IMG/VR virus record: IMGVR_UViG_3300031414_000007
Coordinates: 32,001-96,000 of that record
DNA length: 64,000 nt
DNA from: a virus
Lineage: Duplodnaviria; Caudoviricetes
Strand: one strand, 5' to 3'
The notes beneath the pieces are model-generated. The model did not search any database, was not told the origin of the DNA, and saw only the letters and a list, made by a program, of their open reading frames with translations. Positions 37,340-46,741 of the stretch are shown one piece after another. The number at the start of each line of letters is the position of its first letter. The stretch's first letter is position 1. A program made the translations under genes and the position numbers.

Positions 37340-38962
37340 TTACGCTTCTGGTTCAACGTAGGCGTTAGTACCAGTTACGAATGCGATTGCGACTTTCTTC
37401 GCAGTAGTCAGCTCGACGCGCAGGCTGTTTGCGTCAATGAACACGACTTCATCAGGGATGATTTGATAGCCGGTATCATCAACAACGGTAACAGTACCGT
37501 ACTTCACACCAGCGTTGTGCGTGAAGGTGTGCGCAGTTGCAGCAGCGTCGCCGCCAGCAGTTTTATCGTACTGGTACAGTTTAGCAGCAGCGCCGCCAGC
37601 AGAGCTGGAGATAGCATCGTCAACATATTTCTTGTTGACAGCAGACTCGTCGGTCAGCGGGTCGGTGCCAGTGATGGTCAGCGCAGCAACTTCACCACCA
37701 GTAGCGTCGATGAAGCCGCCAGCAGTTTTAACCGCAGCAACGTCAACGATGATTTTGCTGTTGGTAGTGTCCTGTTTCAGGCCGTTACCCAGGGCAGCAG
37801 CAGCGATCTGCTCGTAACCCACACCGCCGTCAGCAACTGCGATACCGTCTACAGTGCGAGACAGAGTAGTGCCATCCAGTTTAACGCGAGTAGAACCAGC
37901 GTTATCTTCCAGACCACCAGCAGCATCCAGCTTCGCAGTAACAGCGTTAGAACTGATCTGAATACCAGCACCAACTTTAACGTTAACGACGTTGCCAGAT
38001 TTTTCCAGACCATCACCAGCGTTGAACTCAGAAGCACCGCCGAAGGTAGTCCACACAGTACCGTCAAAGCGACGATACTCTTTGATCGCTTTAACCCAGG
38101 TCACTGCACCGCCAGCTTCGCTGTCAGTCGGGTCGAATACGATTACGAACTTGGTGCCGTCGTAACGCACGATCATGTTATCAACCAAATCGGTGATAGA
38201 ACCAAAGTTCGGGTTGATCTGGTCAGCAGCCAGAATGATGTACTGCTTGCCAGCTACCAGCTCTGGGTCGAGAGTACCATCTTCCTGAATCGCGTCGGAG
38301 TCGTGCAGCCAGTCGATACCAGCAACGGCGTTGTCAATATCGATCTTACGAGCAGCGTCGTTCGGGTTAGCAGGAGCGGCCAGGTTAGCAACGGTATGAC
38401 CGTTAGCGTCGAGGTCACCAGAGAGCTGGCCGTTAGCTGAGTCCAGCTTGCCTGTCAGACCAGTTTCAACAGTACCGACTTTACCGTCCAGTGCAGTGAT
38501 CTGAGACTGAATGTTAGAAGTCGCGCCAGACACATAGCCCAGCTCGGTAGCAGTTACGTTGCTGGTGGCCAGTTCGTTATCAGCACCAGCGATAACAACA
38601 CCGTTTTCAGTCAGGCCAGTGATTTTGTCTTGCTTGGTAGCAGCAACGGTTTCGACGTGTTTCTTAGAAACAGCAGCGTTGTCGCCAGAAGCAGACTGGT
38701 CAGGACCAGACAGCAGAAGGTCAGCAGTCATCGGCACAGAGCCGTCAGCCAGAACAGCACCTTCTAAGGAGCCGCCACCGCCGCCGAAATCTTTGATTTC
38801 AGTACCGTCGAAGTATTTGTACTTCGCATCAGTGCTGTTATACCAGATACGCGCAGTTTGCGCAGCAACCAGATCGCCTACAGCCGGGTCGGCGGTCAAA
38901 ACTTCTGGACGGAAGTTCTTAATCTGACCGCTAAGCATCAGTTCAATATTACCAGTACGCAT
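37340..38962 (-). CDS. abundant fibre protein (coiled coil plus beta-repeat shaft)
   Basis: LAAPANPNDAARK-D, AGDGL/GAGI shaft repeats, DESAVNKKYVD, C-terminal HN domain; strong codon bias. Confidence 0.82.
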   Translation of the reverse strand: MRTGNIELMLSGQIKNFRPEVLTADPAVGDLVAAQTARIWYNSTDAKYKYFDGTEIKDFGGGGGSLEGAVLADGSVPMTADLLLSGPDQSASGDNAAVSKKHVETVAATKQDKITGLTENGVVIAGADNELATSNVTATELGYVSGATSNIQSQITALDGKVGTVETGLTGKLDSANGQLSGDLDANGHTVANLAAPANPNDAARKIDIDNAVAGIDWLHDSDAIQEDGTLDPELVAGKQYIILAADQINPNFGSITDLVDNMIVRYDGTKFVIVFDPTDSEAGGAVTWVKAIKEYRRFDGTVWTTFGGASEFNAGDGLEKSGNVVNVKVGAGIQISSNAVTAKLDAAGGLEDNAGSTRVKLDGTTLSRTVDGIAVADGGVGYEQIAAAALGNGLKQDTTNSKIIVDVAAVKTAGGFIDATGGEVAALTITGTDPLTDESAVNKKYVDDAISSSAGGAAAKLYQYDKTAGGDAAATAHTFTHNAGVKYGTVTVVDDTGYQIIPDEVVFIDANSLRVELTTAKKVAIAFVTGTNAYVEPEA

Positions 38963-38986
38963 TATCTTTCTCCTGAGTGCGTGGGA

Positions 38987-39730
38987 TTAGAAGAAGTTAC
39001 TCTCGCAGTCATCAAGGCTACAACGCAGCGCTTGGTATGCAGAGATTCTTTCTTCCGTTAAATTGATATATTTATCATCAATATTGTACTTCACTCGAAT
39101 AGGCACATCGTACCCATCAAGCAAGCCGTGACGTTGGTAGACTTCAAGGCGAAGTACGGGTGAGCTGACCTGAGCACGTTCCATAATGTTCAGGTCAATC
39201 TTGTCGGCGTAGATGAACGGGCGTTCTCTCTTACACAAGATGTAATCTATCTCATGCAAATTAAAGAGTGTGAAATTCATATAGCCAATAATAAACTCGG
39301 CAATGAGTTTAAATGACTCGCTCATGTCCGACCGAAACTGTTGTGTGAGAATCTGATCGACGTGTGGCTTGACTGCCGTACGCATCTCATACCAGCTCTC
39401 ACAAAACAGTGCGGGGAAATCCTCAGGGTGGTGGGCCATAAGACCCAACACGTCTTTTTCCGTATCTGCGAAAGAGTTTAAAATGTCAGTGGCATCAATA
39501 TCCGTCTCGACGCCACGGCCAGTTGAAATGAATCGACGCTCAATGTCTCTCAACCAAGACTCTGATGCAGATAGGTATTGAAGCAGTGTTTCTCGTGCGG
39601 CAGCCGTGAACTCATGCCTGTTAGAGTCTAAGACTTCCCCAAGCATAAAGGCTTTCGCTTTGTAGAAATCACTATAGCGTTCGGCAGTGAATCGTCTGAA
39701 CCCTATGTTATTCTTCAAATAGCCCATCAT
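38987..39730 (-). CDS. hypothetical alpha-helical cytoplasmic protein
   Basis: 247-aa ORF coupled to upstream membrane gene. Confidence 0.72.
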   Translation of the reverse strand: MMGYLKNNIGFRRFTAERYSDFYKAKAFMLGEVLDSNRHEFTAAARETLLQYLSASESWLRDIERRFISTGRGVETDIDATDILNSFADTEKDVLGLMAHHPEDFPALFCESWYEMRTAVKPHVDQILTQQFRSDMSESFKLIAEFIIGYMNFTLFNLHEIDYILCKRERPFIYADKIDLNIMERAQVSSPVLRLEVYQRHGLLDGYDVPIRVKYNIDDKYINLTEERISAYQALRCSLDDCESNFF

Positions 39731-40245
39731 CGCAATGCCCTCAAATCATTCAACTCCGAGTTGCCTTGAGCATTCGGAGTTGTATAAAGAGAACTGGATA
39801 TGCTCTGCAAACGCAGACCGAGCTTCTCAAGTTCCTGTTGGCTCCCACCTAACTTCTCAAGCACTTCGCGCATAAGCTCGACGGAAACTTGATGGTCCTG
39901 GGATTGTTGAGAGATGATTCGTTCGAAGCGCTGCATAGCACGGAGAACGGAATTCAATCCCTCTTTCATATCCAAATTATCCACTGGCGCAGAGTCAGAG
40001 ATTGATTGAAGCATCCTCATCATCTGCGCCAGGTCAGCTTGCAGTACGTCGCTGTCGGGGTTGACAACGGTGGCAGCCGCTTCCAGTTCTGCGTTCCGCT
40101 CCTTCAATTGTTCCAGTTCTTCAAGCTGGGGCAGTATCTTCCACCAAACATAGGCACCGCCTAGGATTAGTAGAACAACAGAGAAGACAGTCGCATAGTT
40201 GGACGCAAGCAACTTGTATAAAATATCCGCCCACATTATATTCAA
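39727..40245 (-). CDS. single-pass membrane coiled-coil protein
   Basis: TM VFSVVLLILGGAYVWW followed by heptad-rich helices. Confidence 0.75.
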   Translation of the reverse strand: MNIMWADILYKLLASNYATVFSVVLLILGGAYVWWKILPQLEELEQLKERNAELEAAATVVNPDSDVLQADLAQMMRMLQSISDSAPVDNLDMKEGLNSVLRAMQRFERIISQQSQDHQVSVELMREVLEKLGGSQQELEKLGLRLQSISSSLYTTPNAQGNSELNDLRALR

Positions 40246-40526
40246 CCCTTACAGGTGTTATCGTTCAGATCAACAATAATCCTCTCGGCACCTGGTTCGT
40301 TTACGTCAGTGGTTTTGTACGTGTGCGCCATCCGAGGCTTGAACTCTAAGCAACTCTGTCCATAACGTCCATCGACAACACAAATGGCAGACAAGCAGCT
40401 CACATCTTCCTTGAGTATCAAGTTTTCAGGAGATTCGTTGGCACTCCTAACAGCAGTGATCACGAAACCAACCACAGCGAGGGAAATGGCAACAGTAATC
40501 GCAATCCTAAGTCGCTTGGCTTGCAT
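40242..40526 (-). CDS. membrane-anchored small protein with four Cys
   Basis: N-terminal TM/signal, CLSAIC...C...C; TAATTT upstream. Confidence 0.72.
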   Translation of the reverse strand: MQAKRLRIAITVAISLAVVGFVITAVRSANESPENLILKEDVSCLSAICVVDGRYGQSCLEFKPRMAHTYKTTDVNEPGAERIIVDLNDNTCKG

Positions 40527-40590
40527 TTCGGGTTATACCTCATGATCCTTTTATCTGCTTGAAATTAGCGAACCACTCGCATCTAGGAGG

Positions 40591-41616
40591 TTATTCCTCC
40601 AAGACACCACTAATTTCCGCAAACATGTTCTTGTAGACCAAAGAACCATCCAGCTTGTCTAGGCGTTCAGGAAGAACGTATAGCTTAGGTGAAGTACGCA
40701 TGTTCACCCAAGTTTTCTCATTACGATCAAGTCCACCAAGTATCGGAACAATGACCATACTGAGGTTTCTATTCGCTCTAACAAAGCCAATGTCAATATG
40801 CTTCCTGTTAATGCTTATGAACAGCTTGTTGATTGCGTCCAAACCAACAGGCCTATTGAATTCCGTATCGCTAACTGTATTGACCAAGCTAATGAGAATA
40901 CCCCTGTCTCTGCTTTCTATATCAAACAAATCAGACTTCAAATCAGCAACGGTCGATGCGGAGAAGTAGGAGACGTCATGCCCATAGTCTTTGAGACAAG
41001 CACCAAGCGCACGGGCTGATTCAATATGTGCTATGTTGTCGTCTCGCAGAATGTAAACTGGAGCGTCGGCCTGATACGTTCTCTGAGTCATTAGGTTGAT
41101 AAGATCGCAAGAGGGCTTGCCAACAGCGGCCAAGCCCTTATTCGCAATGTAAAACTTGTCGCGGTACACATCGTACACGTTTGGTGGCATGTACTTCATG
41201 TAATCGTCGTCCAGACTAAGTATCATGCGAGGCTTAGTGAGCTGGACGACAAGTTGCATACTACGAAGCGATGCTCTATATTCCGTGTCAGACAGCACAC
41301 GACTTATCGGAAGATATTGCACAACTACGAATCGGTCATCAATGGAATCGACAACCGACCGTATTAACGTACTGCCTAGCGTTGGCCCAGCAGAGAATTG
41401 GGTAACGATCATTAAGCCATTTTCAACTAAGCCTTTCGACTCAGATAGCGTCATGCCGTTACCCGTCTGCTTTACCGCGCGCTCCCACGTTATTGAGGGT
41501 TCGTCTCGCTGATCGGCATGTACATTAACTGCGCCACCCCAGAGACAGGCTCCAAGAAGGTAAGCAGCAATACGTTGTCTGGATCGGCTTCTGCTGGATT
41601 GACCGTGTCCGGCCAT
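40591..41616 (-). CDS. secreted periplasmic-binding-protein-like (ABC substrate-binding type I fold) protein
   Basis: AGAGGAG RBS; Sec-type signal ending VHA; KPRMILSLDDD and LYVLPERLDKL resemble ABC substrate-binding family motifs. Confidence 0.55.
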   Translation of the reverse strand: MAGHGQSSRSRSRQRIAAYLLGACLWGGAVNVHADQRDEPSITWERAVKQTGNGMTLSESKGLVENGLMIVTQFSAGPTLGSTLIRSVVDSIDDRFVVVQYLPISRVLSDTEYRASLRSMQLVVQLTKPRMILSLDDDYMKYMPPNVYDVYRDKFYIANKGLAAVGKPSCDLINLMTQRTYQADAPVYILRDDNIAHIESARALGACLKDYGHDVSYFSASTVADLKSDLFDIESRDRGILISLVNTVSDTEFNRPVGLDAINKLFISINRKHIDIGFVRANRNLSMVIVPILGGLDRNEKTWVNMRTSPKLYVLPERLDKLDGSLVYKNMFAEISGVLEE

Positions 41617-42314
41617 AGCACTTCTCCTCTCTCGTCAGTGACGTAAGGAATGCCGGAGCCCTTGCCCAATCCATGACGCAAAGCCCATACGGTGTCGGCA
41701 TTCTCCTGCACGAACACTAACCCTTTAACTGTTGCTTCATCTGTAGCCTGTTCCAGAATCTCAACACGCGCACTAAGAAGCTGAGTGTCAGACTGGATGG
41801 TACGAATCGCAGCAAGGTTAGAGTTAACGCGCTGGTTCATGTTGTTAAACATGGTGAAGAACGAGTTGTTCATCGAAGTGCGAACGCCGTCCGTATAGGA
41901 CTTAGGAATCAGTTCATCGTTGTCGTAGACGGTGACGCCTGAGCGCACGAGAACTTTACCGGTAAGACGTCCACCACTTGCGCTGATAATCTGAGGCGCA
42001 GGCAAATCAGCTTCGTCCCAGACTTGAACAGTGGTCATCACCGTATTGTAGTCAGTCTCTTCCTGCCACGTATTTTTGTATGGAGCAGTAGCAGTTTTGG
42101 ACTTACGGCGCATCACTTTTTTATAGTTAGCGCTCGTTCCGTCCGCGATGATCCAGAGACCGTTTAGTGGAAAGACGTGAGTAGTAGGCTCAGCAAACGC
42201 GAGAATAATCGTAACGTCTGCACCAACCTTATACACAATGTTGTTCGACGCTGACAGACCTTGCTGCTGGGCAAGACTAATCAACGTGTCCACGTAGTTA
42301 GTCAACTGACTCAT
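41490..42314 (-). CDS. fibre protein with coiled coil and C-terminal HN-type domain
   Basis: GGRLTG...DELIPKSYTD, heptads, WALRHGLG. Confidence 0.75.
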   Translation of the reverse strand: MSQLTNYVDTLISLAQQQGLSASNNIVYKVGADVTIILAFAEPTTHVFPLNGLWIIADGTSANYKKVMRRKSKTATAPYKNTWQEETDYNTVMTTVQVWDEADLPAPQIISASGGRLTGKVLVRSGVTVYDNDELIPKSYTDGVRTSMNNSFFTMFNNMNQRVNSNLAAIRTIQSDTQLLSARVEILEQATDEATVKGLVFVQENADTVWALRHGLGKGSGIPYVTDERGEVLWPDTVNPAEADPDNVLLLTFLEPVSGVAQLMYMPISETNPQ

Positions 42315-42774
42315 CCGAGACTCCTAACGATTGAAGAATTGTAGAACTTACATCGGAGAAGGCTTTAGCGATCAGTTTGGCCGCAGCCTTATCGACGACG
42401 AGTGTGCTGATTTTCCCTTTGGTGTTACACACAATAGTTTGTGGTGCGTATTGTGCGAGAGCCAAAGCGAATAGCAGATGGTTGCCGAGATCACCAGTGA
42501 TACTTACCTCTACGTCAAGTTCAGGCACGTAGATGTTCTGATTGATTCCGGCAACAAACTGCGCCAGCGCAACAGGGTCGAAGACAGGAGGCGCTGTGTC
42601 GTAATCCTCAGCAAGATCAATTTGACCCGTCTCAGGATAGAAGCGAAAGGCCGCAGGGTCACTGATGATTCTGCCAAACAGTTCATCACTGACTTCAATG
42701 CAATCGTTGCCTGTCACCTCACGAACACGACCAACAATAGCGTTGGTCGTTAGGTTGATTCGAATTATCGGCAT
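42298..42774 (-). CDS. putative tail fibre assembly/chaperone protein
   Basis: Follows collagen fibre gene; AGGTG RBS. Confidence 0.5.
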   Translation of the reverse strand: MPIIRINLTTNAIVGRVREVTGNDCIEVSDELFGRIISDPAAFRFYPETGQIDLAEDYDTAPPVFDPVALAQFVAGINQNIYVPELDVEVSITGDLGNHLLFALALAQYAPQTIVCNTKGKISTLVVDKAAAKLIAKAFSDVSSTILQSLGVSDESVD

Positions 42775-42775
42775 A

Positions 42776-43597
42776 TTAATCACCTACCGCAGTATACCAG
42801 AAGTCCCAACCAGCAGTGTTCGTGCCAGTAGACTTGATGGTGAAACCGCCTAACAAGGCGTTCTCATTCATCGCGCTCGTACCGTCCAGATTGTAGAGCT
42901 GGTAGGTCTTCGCTTGGTTGAGTGCAGCGTTCACGAAGGTAATCTGAATGCTGATACAACGGTTGATGAATGCCGTGTTAAACACAACGTGGATTGTATC
43001 AGTAGTTGACGCGTTCACGACTCGACCCATGTTCTGAGTAAAGCCAGTGTTCATATCGCGGTTACTACCAATCCATGCGTTCGGTATTACAGCGCCGGTC
43101 ACAGGGTTAAGAGCTTGTGCTGTACGATATTCGTCGATAGCAGCATCTCGACCAGGACTACCGGTAGGTCCTGTGGGTCCAGTAGGACCCACAGAGCCAG
43201 TATTACCAGTAGCGCCGACAGGCCCAGTGTTACCTGTCGGTCCATTACGACCCCGCGGACCACGAGGGCCCGGGCAGCCATCTTCACCGTCACGCCCATC
43301 ACGACCGTTAGCACCAGGAAGGCCACGCAGACCTTCTTTACCCTGTTTACCTTCGCGTCCTGACTTGAGCTGGTCGGCAGTAGGCAGTCCGATAACACTA
43401 GACTGACTACCATCTGGCCAAATGACTGTTAGAGTACCTGTAGTTGTGTCGAACTCCACACCCTGAGAGCCGGGAATCTTCGCAGCTTCTGTAGGGTCAA
43501 TAAACTCTACAGATGTGCTAGTCTTCTTACCTAACACTTTACCGATAGGGTAGGCACCGCCGTCGATAAGTGAAGGATTAATCTTTGTAAGAGACAT
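42776..43597 (-). CDS. collagen-like fibre protein
   Basis: 24 G-X-Y triplets; C-terminal V.FNTAF...CISIQIT fibre-tip-like domain. Confidence 0.88.
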   Translation of the reverse strand: MSLTKINPSLIDGGAYPIGKVLGKKTSTSVEFIDPTEAAKIPGSQGVEFDTTTGTLTVIWPDGSQSSVIGLPTADQLKSGREGKQGKEGLRGLPGANGRDGRDGEDGCPGPRGPRGRNGPTGNTGPVGATGNTGSVGPTGPTGPTGSPGRDAAIDEYRTAQALNPVTGAVIPNAWIGSNRDMNTGFTQNMGRVVNASTTDTIHVVFNTAFINRCISIQITFVNAALNQAKTYQLYNLDGTSAMNENALLGGFTIKSTGTNTAGWDFWYTAVGD

Positions 43598-43608
43598 GGG
43601 CTAAACTC

Positions 43609-43812
43609 CTAACCAGTCAGTGTTGTCCAATCAGGTTGGCCCGCCTGTCCGGTTTCTGGATTCTTGACTTTCGTGTTATTGACTGTCATACGAATCCAAC
43701 GCACACTTCCGTCTGCATCTTGAAACCGAACCTTCGTTCCACCGTAAGCTAAATTAGCTACCCATCTGTCTCTGCTCGGGTCTTTGAATGCTAATCGTGC
43801 ATAAGCAGGCAT
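43609..43812 (-). CDS. small virion-associated protein (67 aa)
   Basis: AAGGAG RBS; resembles N-terminus of 46742-48751. Confidence 0.68.
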   Translation of the reverse strand: MPAYARLAFKDPSRDRWVANLAYGGTKVRFQDADGSVRWIRMTVNNTKVKNPETGQAGQPDWTTLTG

Positions 43813-43822
43813 ATGAATCTCC

Positions 43823-46726
43823 TTAGTGCAGAATCTCGTCAGGTTCCCAGCACAGGATAGGTCTGCGCCATACTTGGAATACACCGATTGGCGCTGAACG
43901 TGCGTCATCAATGAATGGGTCGAAAGTACGACCGCCACTGTTGCCACTTTTCATCAACGTCCGCAAGTCCTCATACCAAGAAGCACGACCACCTGAGTCA
44001 GCCTCGAACAGTCCTTCCCAGACCATATCGAAAGCTCCATTCCATGCGTTGAAGTGGTGTGAGGAGTATGCACCGTCGCCAACAGTACACAGCACCATGT
44101 ATTGATAATCTTTGACGCAAGGAATCATATAGTTGTTTCCACGCGGCACAGTGGTGCTGTTATTGTTGAATATACATTCCCAACCGGTACGGTCAGCAGA
44201 ACCTGTAGTGAGATACAGAGGTCTACGAATAATCATCATGATACCGTTTTCACCGCCGTGATCTTTAGACGTCTCACAGTACGCATTGCAACGCAGCGAG
44301 CGGTCAACGGTGAACGTGGTAGAGTTCGAGAAGTCGCGGGTGTAGTAGTTCGATCCCCACTTCGGCAGATACTCTGCTGGTGGAACAAAGAAGTGTCGCT
44401 CCGCCAATTCAATGCCGCCGTAGCGGTCATACGCAAATACAATGTATTCGTGACCTGCTTCAATCTGAATGTTGTGACCCTGAGATCCAGGACCTGTCCA
44501 CTTCCAAACTACTTGCCAGTCATTCGAATCACGCGCAGGGATGCCTGTAATTAGATTGTACTTGCGCTCATAGATATGCCACACTTTACCTTCTTCCGTC
44601 GTTTGAATGTACAACGAGTTCGGGTCATTGATGTTACCGTTTTCAGTACCACAGTAAATCTTGTGTGACGCACCAGACGAGTTATAGATTGTGCCTGAGC
44701 CAATACCGCCAAACATGTCCCAGTTCATCATCAGGTGAGAGGTACACATTTCGTTCTGGCCACTACCATCGGAGGTTGTGATCAGATACTCATTCAAGTC
44801 TTTGAACGGGTACTTAACGTAGCGGTTGTTCGCACGATTGACGACATGTACCCAATCGTGAGACTGAACCAGAGGCTTCGGCGCGCATGGGTTTTCGACA
44901 GAGATAACGAACGTCTTTGTCTCATACATCGGCAGCTTCTTGAATCGGTTGTCACGGAACGTTGACGTGTATTTGGCGCCAAAGAATTTGCTCATGTCAG
45001 GCACGTCAAGAGTCTTACCGTAGCGAATGCGCATACCACGTCCGTTCTCAAGTGCAGCTTGGTTAATCTGCGTCTGAGGAGTGATAGCATTCGTGCCTGT
45101 CACATACGGCCAACCATTACCGTCGAAGTCAAACCCTACATCGAACGTAGCATTAGGGTCATTATCCTTTTCGCCCTTGAGCATCTCAACTATGGCGTTA
45201 CCTTCTCCGAGTCCAGGACTGCCGAAGCAGCAATAAGCAGCACGATAGTAGAAGTTCGGACCGTCAAAGATACGGCGTGAGGCACCGATGCGATACATAG
45301 CAGCTTCAAGGCCACTAGCTTTGCGGTTGTAAGACGCTTCATCGAACATCGTGATCAGCACCCAATAGGCACTGCTAATCGAGTTCAAGTATGCAGCCAT
45401 CTGACCGGCATTAACCAGACCACTTCCCTGGCCTTCACCACCATCACCATGCACATCAAACTGGCGACGCTCAACAACCTGCAATGACACTTTATCAATC
45501 TTGTAGACTGAATAGCTTCGCGCTTCTGCGTAGCGAGTACCGTTGATGATCGTATAGCCTGGGTTGGTCTGAGGCGTATAGTTGGAGCCTGAGCCGGGCA
45601 CACCGTAGCCTACAGCGTGGAAGAAGATACGACCACGATTGACGAGCGACTGATCGGTGTTGTTATACCACGAGATACTATGCGTCTTATTTGCAAGGCC
45701 AGCAGCCCAGTTATCAGGCTTGGACGGGAACGTGTACGCATCGAAGTTGGCTTCGTATCGCGTCCCTGGGTCTACGCAGCATACGTCACTAAAGAACGGA
45801 GGCGTATATGCCTGAGTGTCATCGTTAATATCGACAGTACCACACCAGAACGGAATCCATGTGCCTGGCTGCCCCGACATTGAAGTCTGACGAGCACCAC
45901 CTGTATCGGTGAAGCGATAGCCCTGAGCACTACGGAAACCCTGCGTAAGATGAAGCTGACCTACTTGGTTCCACGCAATATGATCACCGTACTGAGAGAC
46001 TTGACGGTTACGCGCGGTCTTGGTGGCAACAATGCTTGTGGTCTTCTGCGTACTAATGCCAATCTGAGAGAAGATGGCGTTAAAGTTAGCAGCACCTTCA
46101 CCAGGACCTTTTTGAAGCACAACAAACGAGATACCCTCTTTGATGGCATTAGCAATCGCGTTGCACATCTGCGCAGGCATCGTCTGAGAAGTCGCCGATA
46201 AACAGAAAATGGTGAGAGCAAACTGTTTAAAGTATTGCTTATCACCATTGTAGCCGAATGCACCGGCCTGTATTTCTGCGAGTGTGTGACTGTAGACGTT
46301 GTAACGCTCACGCTCAAGATAGCGAGCGAATTGGCCCCAGTTGTTATAGGCTTTCGTCTCAGTCACAGAAGCACCGTCGGACATGAGTAGAATATCGTAC
46401 CCATGAGTGAAGTTGCAGTTCATATCCATCATCAGGCGGATATGGCGCAGCGCACCAACAGCTTGGTTGAACTGAGTGTTGTTGAAGTTACCAATCCAGC
46501 CGTAACCCTCAACGATGTTAAACGAATATGGCGTAACGAAATCGCCGTTCATGAATGCACTACCGAAGCCACAGATGTAGCCTGATGCGTGTCCATCAAC
46601 TGCGATACTCGTTAGCGTTGAGAAATCTGGGCTCATGCCTGCGTCAGCGGAGCCAGGGTTATTCGAGGCTGACCCCGAATAACCGCTGGTGATTCCACGC
46701 AGATATAGACAGCTTTGTTTCAGCAT
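43823..46726 (-). CDS. large tail-fibre/adhesin with ILEI (FAM3/PANDER-type lectin) domain
   Basis: FDVHG...MAAYLNSI...VLITMFDEAS...IGA...YRAAYCCFG ILEI pattern. Confidence 0.78.
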   Translation of the reverse strand: MLKQSCLYLRGITSGYSGSASNNPGSADAGMSPDFSTLTSIAVDGHASGYICGFGSAFMNGDFVTPYSFNIVEGYGWIGNFNNTQFNQAVGALRHIRLMMDMNCNFTHGYDILLMSDGASVTETKAYNNWGQFARYLERERYNVYSHTLAEIQAGAFGYNGDKQYFKQFALTIFCLSATSQTMPAQMCNAIANAIKEGISFVVLQKGPGEGAANFNAIFSQIGISTQKTTSIVATKTARNRQVSQYGDHIAWNQVGQLHLTQGFRSAQGYRFTDTGGARQTSMSGQPGTWIPFWCGTVDINDDTQAYTPPFFSDVCCVDPGTRYEANFDAYTFPSKPDNWAAGLANKTHSISWYNNTDQSLVNRGRIFFHAVGYGVPGSGSNYTPQTNPGYTIINGTRYAEARSYSVYKIDKVSLQVVERRQFDVHGDGGEGQGSGLVNAGQMAAYLNSISSAYWVLITMFDEASYNRKASGLEAAMYRIGASRRIFDGPNFYYRAAYCCFGSPGLGEGNAIVEMLKGEKDNDPNATFDVGFDFDGNGWPYVTGTNAITPQTQINQAALENGRGMRIRYGKTLDVPDMSKFFGAKYTSTFRDNRFKKLPMYETKTFVISVENPCAPKPLVQSHDWVHVVNRANNRYVKYPFKDLNEYLITTSDGSGQNEMCTSHLMMNWDMFGGIGSGTIYNSSGASHKIYCGTENGNINDPNSLYIQTTEEGKVWHIYERKYNLITGIPARDSNDWQVVWKWTGPGSQGHNIQIEAGHEYIVFAYDRYGGIELAERHFFVPPAEYLPKWGSNYYTRDFSNSTTFTVDRSLRCNAYCETSKDHGGENGIMMIIRRPLYLTTGSADRTGWECIFNNNSTTVPRGNNYMIPCVKDYQYMVLCTVGDGAYSSHHFNAWNGAFDMVWEGLFEADSGGRASWYEDLRTLMKSGNSGGRTFDPFIDDARSAPIGVFQVWRRPILCWEPDEILH

Positions 46727-46741
46727 ATCTTCTGCATCCTG

